Positions 9,482 to 17,368 of a stretch of DNA of 17,368 bases are shown here, one piece after another. A program made the position numbers and the translations under genes. The notes beneath the pieces are model-generated. The model did not search any database and was not told where the DNA came from. It saw only the letters and a list, made by a program, of their open reading frames with translations. Source of the DNA: Paraphysomonas bandaiensis (lineage: Eukaryota; Protista; Chrysophyceae); assembly GCA_965644295.1 (NCBI GenBank), contig CBFFRP010000664.1:1-17368 (forward strand), given 5' to 3'. Position 1 is the stretch's first letter. Each line of letters opens with the position of its first letter.

Positions 9482-10034
9482 ACGTATGTCTAGTAGTGAA
9501 TGTCTTATTTTCAGCAATAGGCTTTTAAGAGTCAGAACTAAAATGTAGCATTACAAGTTAACTAACTGGTACTTAACTCTGATACTCCACTATTTAGCGC
9601 TACGAAAGCTGCTTATGCGTCACTGAGCAAGCATAATGTTGATATACCTTACATCTGCTGACTTCAGGATTTTGAATTTTTAAGTAAGTGTGAGAGCTGC
9701 TCATGGAAGTGTAGTCTTTCAGTGTCAAGGGGTGCGGTTAATGAGGGGGGCGCCGTTTGGGGAAGGGGTCTGCGACGTTAAACGGAGGCAGGGCCAGAGA
9801 TATATTATGTAGATGGGAAGATAGTGTTCCGACGGGAGGGAGAGTGAGATGGTGCGAGGAAGAGACGTAGAATCTGAAACGTGAGTCTCTGGGCGCCGCT
9901 GCAGTGTCGTATACCAAACTTACGTTCTCCAATTTGTGTCAGAAAGTATGCAGCCAGAAACACTGAATACTACCAACAGGCGATAATGAATCCACCTGCA
10001 CGAGCGAGAGGAGGGATAAAATTAGGGGGTGTAT
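9482..10034 (-). mobile_element. Second 5'-truncated non-LTR-like 3' end (contains repeat copy 2 at 9901-10034)
   Basis: ORF 9738..9932 ends PFPKRRPPH* (CCCTTCCCCAAACGGCGCCCCCCTCATTAA), matching the end of the left element (CCCTACCCCAAGGGACGCCCCC-TGACTAA). Downstream motif 9497-9540 matches 470-514. Confidence 0.55.
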
Positions 10035-10038
10035 CTGG

Positions 10039-10100
10039 TATTATAATATAATTATATAATAATATATATTATATAATATAGTAGTAGCTATATATAACTT
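10039..10100. repeat. TA-rich low-complexity tract
   Basis: TATTATAATATAATTATATAATAATATATATTATATAATATA lies directly beside the truncated end of the repeat. Confidence 0.7.
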
Positions 10101-10849
10101 GTAAACAATACCACATAAATTAGTTATATGATATATATGTTAGAGAAACTGAAGTGTATAGACTGTAGCAATGCCTCATATTATCATACACACGACATTC
10201 TAATCAGGCGCACTAACAGAGATTAAGCGTGATGATGTACATAAAAACGCGATGATGATTGGTGTAAAGGCAGTGTCTATATCTGGGATCTGATAATATT
10301 GATGATTGGTAGTAGAGCGACGACATAAATATAGTAAATGACAATGAATTATAAGAGATGATATTGATCACAATTTTAGTTCATTTAATATTGTGGGAGT
10401 GGAGGTAGAAGGTTATCCGAAAATGGGGACCTGTGCTTCACACAAGTCACACAACACAGAGATCAGAGACTTTGTGAATACATCTGCAGTCTGGTCATCC
10501 GTCTCACGTATGGGTCAACATGTTCACGAACCTAGAGGTACTTGATCTCTGTGAGTTCGAACGCTTGCGGAACGAACACAGGATTCAATGCTAAGTCACG
10601 AGCGCTCGGGCTATCCAAGAAAAATAGAGTGAGTTCGTGCAAATGAAGTACCAACTCGGCCAACATTCCCCGATCATCCGATCATATATATATTCAGATA
10701 TTATTCCCTGTGTTTTACGTATTGCCCGCTCTGCACTGCTCTATACATGTATACGTATACTGCTTCTCTTGTCTAGCAGCGCAGTGGGTTTGGTTAATGA
10801 CTAGTACTAATATGAAATCTACGTAAAAGTGTTTAATTGCTGAATAACG

Positions 10850-10970
10850 AAACTACTATTTTGCAATAGTATTGTTGGGTCGGTTTAAAAACTCTATCAA
10901 TATTATTGGTGAGGCGCTATCTAACAATAGTATTGCAATAATATAAATATTGTTCCCTATACTAGCCCTG
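10850..10970. mobile_element. Solo hAT-like terminus
   Basis: ACTAGCCCTG at 10961-10970 (reverse complement CAGGGCTAGT, 9/10 to the 8281 TIR) is preceded by two CAATAGTATTG subterminal-like motifs (~10864, ~10925). No partner end or TSD found. Confidence 0.4.
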
Positions 10971-11189
10971 AGATATTCTAGCATGAATATAGTAGTTGAT
11001 AGTTAAATAGACCTCAAATTAGCAAGTTAATGATGATTGCCTAATTATTAATTATGGTGGTATAGTACTTTTCTTGTCAGTACATCATTCGGTAACTTAC
11101 TTACTACATCAAATTTTTTATTTAACTATTGAATAGTAATGGAAGGCGGCAGGGCATGTATTAACTTGATTCAAACGGCAACAAGATGT

Positions 11190-12611
11190 TCAAGCCCTGT
11201 TAGATTCTTTGAATGCCCGGCTGGCAGCCTCTGTGATAGGCCTAATCTGTGCCCCAATGTCAGTGGGTCCATGCGAGCGGGACATGAAGGAAAATATTCC
11301 CTTACTGGGAGAAGTAGATGGCGGCTTGCCATCGCGGTAACCTGCACGGTGCTCCCTGTTCTGTTGATCATGCTTGGAGACAATTGCTCGCGCGGCAGAA
11401 GGTTCGTTCAAAAACCTAGAGTAAACGTCGACATATAATGGAGCATGAGGATTTCGCTCAAAGTAGAACTGGTAGTCTTCAGGAGAATGAGTTCGTCCTA
11501 AGAGGTCATCAAGGGTGTGCTTAGTAAAAGGGAGGTTTTCATCAATGGCATCCAAGTCATCAGGGTTGATGGATGCCACCAGTGAACTGATGATCCAAAA
11601 ACCTTTGGTATAAGGAAATGCTGACCCTTGATCCGCCAACACTTCCTCTTTCTCGTCATGATAGTCATCCAGCTCAGAAGTAAATGGGGCAGTCTCCTCT
11701 ATCTGCTTCATCCACTCCACCTCAGCATCTTCGTTAGTACAGGACATCAGTGTTAGAGGGTTGCGATCTGGATAAGGCCGCTGCATAATGAGCTGGGCGA
11801 CAGCCGCTACTGGTTGGTCGGATGGTACACCATCAGTGAGAAGGTAGTGCATAGTGGGTTCGGGAAGTCCAGAAGATGCAAACGCTGCGCTGAGCACGCG
11901 ATATGTTGGAGTTTTATACTTTACCTCAATAGTCGAAAACGCGTTCGATATAGCTCCATGTGCTTCAGCGCGAAATGTTTCGATTGATTTGCCATCACGG
12001 CTAAGAGAAATAACATTGGTGGCATTCAGAAAAGATATTGTTATTTGCTTTGTTGGAATGAAGGCAAGAATATCCAGCATAATATGCATACGATTCTCCG
12101 CTTCCTGCCATCGTGTCATTCTCTGTCCTTCAGCTGGCCTAACTCCCCGAAGTATATACTCCGTTCCTTCACTCATGAAAACATCAGTGTTGGCTCGCAT
12201 CGATCCACTATCATCAATTATGAAATTCAATTTGTAATGTGACAAGGCCCGGAGTTTGTTTATCATTCCAATTGGAACTTCATACATAACGAAGTATTCC
12301 GTCAGTCCATCCAAAACCTCTCCGCCATCCAATTCAATGCCAGAGTGAAACTGAGTAAGGTATTCATCGCCCTGCATATACTGCATTGTCTCTGCAGTGC
12401 TCGCAGATAGCTGCATAGGTGTGCCTGTAGCAGTCTCCTGAGCCTCAGTAGCCTCTGCCACATCAGCCATTGAAGATACCACCGCCAGTGTTCCCGAATC
12501 ATCTGTTTTTTTTTTCCCTGGAGTGGAGGCGGGTGCAGAACTAGGAGCACTGTATTCAGGGTTTAGTTTCATCACTCCATTAACAAAAATATACTTCTTC
12601 GGTTTCGACAT
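11190..12611 (-). CDS. von Willebrand factor A (VWA) domain protein, intronless, 473 aa
   Basis: First ATG at 12611. MIDAS-type motifs FIIDDSGSM, KTPT and YLLTDGVPSD. Long uninterrupted ORF with no signal peptide. Confidence 0.85.
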   Translation of the reverse strand: MSKPKKYIFVNGVMKLNPEYSAPSSAPASTPGKKKTDDSGTLAVVSSMADVAEATEAQETATGTPMQLSASTAETMQYMQGDEYLTQFHSGIELDGGEVLDGLTEYFVMYEVPIGMINKLRALSHYKLNFIIDDSGSMRANTDVFMSEGTEYILRGVRPAEGQRMTRWQEAENRMHIMLDILAFIPTKQITISFLNATNVISLSRDGKSIETFRAEAHGAISNAFSTIEVKYKTPTYRVLSAAFASSGLPEPTMHYLLTDGVPSDQPVAAVAQLIMQRPYPDRNPLTLMSCTNEDAEVEWMKQIEETAPFTSELDDYHDEKEEVLADQGSAFPYTKGFWIISSLVASINPDDLDAIDENLPFTKHTLDDLLGRTHSPEDYQFYFERNPHAPLYVDVYSRFLNEPSAARAIVSKHDQQNREHRAGYRDGKPPSTSPSKGIFSFMSRSHGPTDIGAQIRPITEAASRAFKESNRA

Positions 12612-13078
12612 TTTCACGATACGAACTAGAAATAAATAATTCTGCTACAAAAGAATGGTTTGGTGCTGTAAAGGGTCGATGAATCGATAGCAACTGTTTA
12701 AAAGTAAAGTAATGAGCTGTGATGATAATTTTCTTCGAGCTGAAATAGTGAAAATCACGATCCGACATTGCGTTGCCTACAAAATACACGTAGAAATAAT
12801 ATTGATTGTGAAGTAGGAATTCCAAGTGGAATCTTCTGTATACTGGTATACCGTGGTATATGGAATACTGTGTAAACTAAGATGCGGACTCCGTTTCTGC
12901 TGATATAAGCCTGCTGCTGTACAACACCTACAGCAGTGTTGCTGGAGTTCACTTGATATAGCTATGACGTCTATATAGATATATATGCATCCCCAGTAAG
13001 TGGTTGACGCTCGCAAATATATTCCAGTTACATATTTCGGGAGATATTACATAATATCTTCATAGCAACGTTTTGTAG

Positions 13079-14127
13079 CCGTTCACCGAAGGCAGTTCAC
13101 AGAGTTCAGATTATCGAATGCGTATTGTTGACACACTACAGAGGTAACAGCTTTTATGCCACTTCATTTAGCTCATTGAGAATTTCACACTATTCACAGA
13201 GAGGCAGATTTTTTAGCTAATGGCGAAAATGGTTTTCACGATGTATGTTTCAGGATAATAGTCCTATACACATTTTCTTATTGTGCATATCAGGTTATAT
13301 CAGAATTGAAGACACGCGCAGAGCAACATGACGGTGGCGCTTTTGTCTCTAACATTGAGTCTGAAACTGAAACACTTATGATAAGGCTTAATAATGCGAG
13401 AGAGGAGCAAATGGCAATTAAACAGCGACGAGATCAACTCGCCAACAAAAGGTACGAACTATCGATTTTGATAGCACAGGTAGAAGCCCAGGCGAATGCA
13501 CTGTCTTATAAGCATAGTGCATGTTGTGATCAATTGGAGTCTCTTAATGCGCATCTGCAAAAGGATGGTCTTTTGTTGCAGAAATTTCTTCAATTGAATC
13601 CTATCAACGATGCGTTTCATATATGGTACTCTGGGCCCTTCGCAACAATCAACGATTTTCGCTTGGGCCGTTTGTCAACACACCCCATAGACTGGCCAGA
13701 AATTAATTCCGCCCTTGGAGAGGCCGCTGCAGCTGTCTATACAATTGCTGCAAAGGCAGGTATTCAGTTTAAAAAATTTGGTATAATTCCAATGGGGTGT
13801 TTTTCCCGTATATGCCGAACTGAAGATAGGCGAACAACCTACAACCTTTTCACCGATGGTTCTTTTAGCCTTTTTCCAAAAAGAAACTTTAATTTAGCTC
13901 TTACGGGATTTCTCACTTGTATTGAGGAGGTGGGTATACATGTTGTGGATCATGACCCCACGTTGCAGCTCCCGTATGCTATTAACTCCACTGAAGGGAA
14001 GATAAACAACCATACAATCACTTTAACGGCAGATGAAGAGCAGTGGACAAGGGCCCTGAAGTATGTGTTGTCAGATATCAAGTGGATTATTGCGTGGTCT
14101 ACGAAACACCTCCAGCACTTGAACTGA
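13079..14127 (+). CDS. ATG6: Beclin-1 / Atg6 / Vps30 homologue. Probable exons (13079 or 13118)-13143, 13200-13242, 13294-14127; 5' end uncertain
   Basis: Coiled coil followed by the APG6/BARA signature NPINDAFHIWYSGPFATINDFRLGRL...WPEINSALG...WTRALKYVLSDIKWIIAW. GT-AG introns 13144-13199 and 13243-13293 join in frame. An ATG is at 13118; an upstream GTAAGT donor at 12996 suggests a further exon. Confidence 0.88.
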
Positions 14128-14430
14128 TGCGCACCCTGTGTACGCATATGTCAGCTTTTTTCTACTAGTGGTATATATTCACTCCCACAATATGCAATTG
14201 ATATATACGACCTTTTAATTGCCCGTGCGTGACTCATTGGTTAGCTAACACAATGGAGTGAATAAATAAATTATTTTGACAATTTCAATATACTCGATTC
14301 ATATTATCACTATTCCCAATTTTTGTACTTCGCGTGTCACTAGTTACGAAATAGATAACATTCACTAGTGGGTCGAAATATCGAAATGAAACTGAACTAA
14401 GAGCATTGAAATTACGATGTATAAGTGCTT

Positions 14431-15391
14431 CTATTTATTAAGGTTGAACAGTGGCAGGGTTACAGCGTGTATAACAGCAGAATGAAGGTTATAAGTACGG
14501 GAATCTGTACTAGTTTTCGTAGCTGCTTCTTGTAAAGTTGCATTCATGTCAACCCAATTCTGCAATCGCTTTTCAAGCTGATTCCTATCCCAATTTCCTA
14601 ATTTTAATACGCCTTCCACTTCATGCGTACCTTTGTCCTTGGTCACAGAATCCTCGACTTCAACTTCATTTCCATTCCGTTCTTGTTTATCGAGTAGTCC
14701 CCTTCTCAAACACGCCGTCACAAGCTCCATCTCTGTCAAATCATGTAGCCCCTCAGCATACAGCAGTTTGTCATCAGTAATAATCTCCTCTGCTCGAATT
14801 TTCAGCCACTTTCGTTGCCATGATGCTGGCGCCAACGTGTACATGAAGGGAGCAGAGCATAAGGAATGTGCGCGACACAGACTGACTATGTGTGCAGAAG
14901 ATAATGAATCAATACCCATAGCGGAGAATGGCGCAAACATTTCCAATACACTGATGGCGTCACCTTTTCTACTCTTGACTGTTGAAAATCTTGAAGCGAT
15001 AATAGAAGCATTAGGCAGTAGTGTACTATCGCGAAAACTACATGACCATTTAGCTCGTTCACCAGCTTCCTTTATCGTGTTTTTTACAAAATCTCGTTCG
15101 GACCAAAGAAACGAGGGTTTGACTAAATTGGGATAATACAGTGCTATTGGAACAAAGACATTTCTAGGAATTGAAGTTAAAGCAGAAATATATCATAAAA
15201 CACAACTCTCACCCTAAAATAGGCACTAGACCACACACCAACAGTTTGAGCTTACTCTCGTCCACATTGAGCTTTCTGATGTTCTCAACATCTCTCCGAG
15301 TTAAACATTTGCCATGTTTTTCAAGAGCTTTTATTCGTCTGCGATCCGTAACCACATATTTCTTAATCTGGGAAAAAATTCTGGGGTGCAT
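14431..15391 (-). CDS. LETM1-like domain protein. Exons 15391-15213 and 15163-14431; start uncertain
   Basis: WLKIRAEEIITDDKLLYAEGLHDLTEMELVTACLRRGL matches the LETM1 ribosome-binding-domain pattern. A 49-nt intron (15212-15164) joins LLVCGLVPILG|NVFVPIALLYP, a proline-containing TM-like segment as in LETM1/Mdm38. Confidence 0.75.
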
Positions 15392-15787
15392 TTGCACACC
15401 GATAACGGTGCTTTATAGATGCCCTGAGTCACTGTGGCAAGTACAGGGGGGCTATGCTTGCTGTGTGAGGACAAGACCCAGCAGCGCAGTATCTATACAG
15501 ACAATCATCTCGAAGTATTTTGTTTGAATGGTGAGTGTATACCATGGGTATACAGCTGTAGGGAATATACAGCAGTCCCCCGTGGAGACGTTTTTCGACA
15601 AAGCGGACCAGTCTGGTCCCACTTCATTTTTTTGTATTGTGTTTTTTCGTATGGAATATGAGTGTAGAGCTTTGAAATTGTGGTCAAAATGACCACAATT
15701 TCTATTAAGGAGCCAGGCGCCATATCCATATAGATAGAGAATAAAAAGTGTGTATTATTGTAGTGTAGACCCATATTGTTGAGCTTG

Positions 15788-17318
15788 ATGGAAGAAACTC
15801 CGGCAAGAAGACTCGCCTTGCTGCCGGAGACCATCTCCCAGTCGGAGATGGTGACTGTATCTTTAACACCCACAGTTCGAGCAACAGATAACGTCGATTA
15901 CTACAAGTCAACTTTGCCACTTTGTGCTTTGGTAGATATGAATGAACACTTGAAAACGACTGCTACTGATGACACGAGCATTCGTATCCTGGAGAATTTG
16001 AGGAGCCTGGACATGGGAAATGTCGATCCGATACCATCACTGCTTTTATCAAAGGGACTGTAAAGAGGGCAAGAAATAATGGAAAGTGTTTTGTCAATGT
16101 CGCTGATGTTGTCAACGAACTTCCACAAAAATCCCCTGTAGGGTATCATGTTCAAGAGATGTTCTATCTCGACACAAAAAGTCTGTCAGAGTACCGTCCG
16201 CCATCAAAGGGATCAGCGACATAATTGGGTATAAGTTCTTGCCTTCAGCGGTTGTTTTGCAGGAAGTACCACCCTTGGGAAAAGGAGTTATATTGCCTCA
16301 CACAGTAAGTGTAATAATCTGCTGTTTAATAATTCTTTTCAACACTAATACTGCCGTCTGATAATGCTGATTTTTTTAGTAGGATCTTGTAAGTAAGCGT
16401 AGAGGTGCGATGTCTCTAGTGCCAACCGGGGCACATATTGTTGAGTCATCAGTGCAGTCTGTTGAAGCAATTAGTCGACAACTATTACCGAAGCCGACTC
16501 ACGAAACAAGGCTCAAAATTAAGAGAGCGGTTCAACAGAGAAAGCTTGACGCAAAGACGAAGAGATTAATGAAAGATCGAATGGAGTGTGATAGAATAGA
16601 GTCCGTATTAAGCCAGTACAAACCTACTATTCCCTCAGCACGGTCGACATGCTCTTCCTCAACGCCAGCTACTGTGGAAACTCATTCCACGACTCGCAAA
16701 TTTCCGACACCTGTAGTCCGAATTCTAGATCTGCTTGATTCTGGCATGAAATCTCATCCCTCGAACATACTGCTAGGTGGGAAAATGGATATATCACAGA
16801 AAGAGATAAGCATCAGAATATCTTCCTTACAGGAATTACCCCAAATGGATGTTCAAGGGAACGTTGTCTCGAAAGTTAGTTGCTCTTCAATCAATGCCGT
16901 GACGATTTCAGTGGGAATAAGGTTGCACAAAGTAAATGACATGGTGATCAGTGCAGCCCATCTCCACGAGGGTGTGGTTGAATTTCTACATAGGACATTT
17001 TCCTGTGAAAACGATTTTCTCATTTGTCATTTCACCATGGGACCTCGGAAAGTATTTCCCCTCAGTCCAGGATATGCCCGTCGACTAAACAAGGAAAACG
17101 TAGTGGAATCATTTACTGATGAAATCAAAGACTGGTTGACATTACAGTACGATATGCGTGATAAAAGACAGGCTCCTACAATCCGACGGTACATGAAATT
17201 ACACTTTGTAGAGCCTTGGAAATGGCTTACTGTTGGTCAGATTTCCTCTTGGATTAGCATGAAAACGAGAGAGAAAAATAACGTCCTTTCAGTCCTTCCC
17301 TCTCCAGAAATCGTATGA
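15788..17318 (+). CDS. Hypothetical protein. Tentative exons 15788-16059, 16142-16304, 16383-17318 (456 aa)
   Basis: The 302-aa terminal ORF extends back to a TAG acceptor at 16382, and a GTAAGT donor at 16305 joins in frame. The first intron is less certain. No family recognised. Confidence 0.55.
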
Positions 17319-17368
17319 TAATTGTAACACATTTATGAATGATAATAACTTTAAGTAGTACAAAACAA

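Noticed and set aside
9789-10970. CAGGGCCAG at 9789 as the left TIR partner of the 10970 end
   Set aside because: The flanking 8-mers (AACGGAGG versus AGATATTC) differ, and the site lies within the retroelement-like fragment.
11139-12550. Small ORFs overlapping the VWA gene
   Set aside because: Alternative-frame or antisense shadows with no motifs.
14538-15527. Plus-strand ORFs over the LETM1-like gene
   Set aside because: Antisense to a recognisable domain.
15932-16224. Alternative model with a 47-nt intron (15932-15978) and a stop at 16224
   Set aside because: It needs a weaker GAG acceptor and leaves the downstream exons without a start. It cannot be excluded without RNA data.

Overview
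Eukaryotic genomic DNA: AT-rich spacers and mostly ~47-62 nt GT-AG introns, most likely a stramenopile and plausibly a chrysophyte-like ochrophyte (inference from the Sig1/mastigoneme-type EGF module). The main feature is a 6-exon gene (2608-7833, 1655 aa by my splicing). It encodes a secreted protein with a signal peptide, a Sig1/Ocm-like Cys-rich EGF head, a long Gly/Val/Thr beta-strand shaft containing ~12.5 near-identical 201-bp (67-aa) repeats, and a C-terminal Peptidase_S74 intramolecular chaperone of the phage tailspike/tail-fibre type. It is flanked by transposon debris: remnants of a non-LTR retrotransposon-like family, a hAT-like MITE, and a 1141-bp non-autonomous hAT element with a perfect 8-bp TSD. 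The right third is a compact gene block: an intronless VWA protein (-), Beclin/ATG6 (+), a LETM1-like protein (-) and a hypothetical protein (+). All family assignments are from motif recognition by eye, not from searches.
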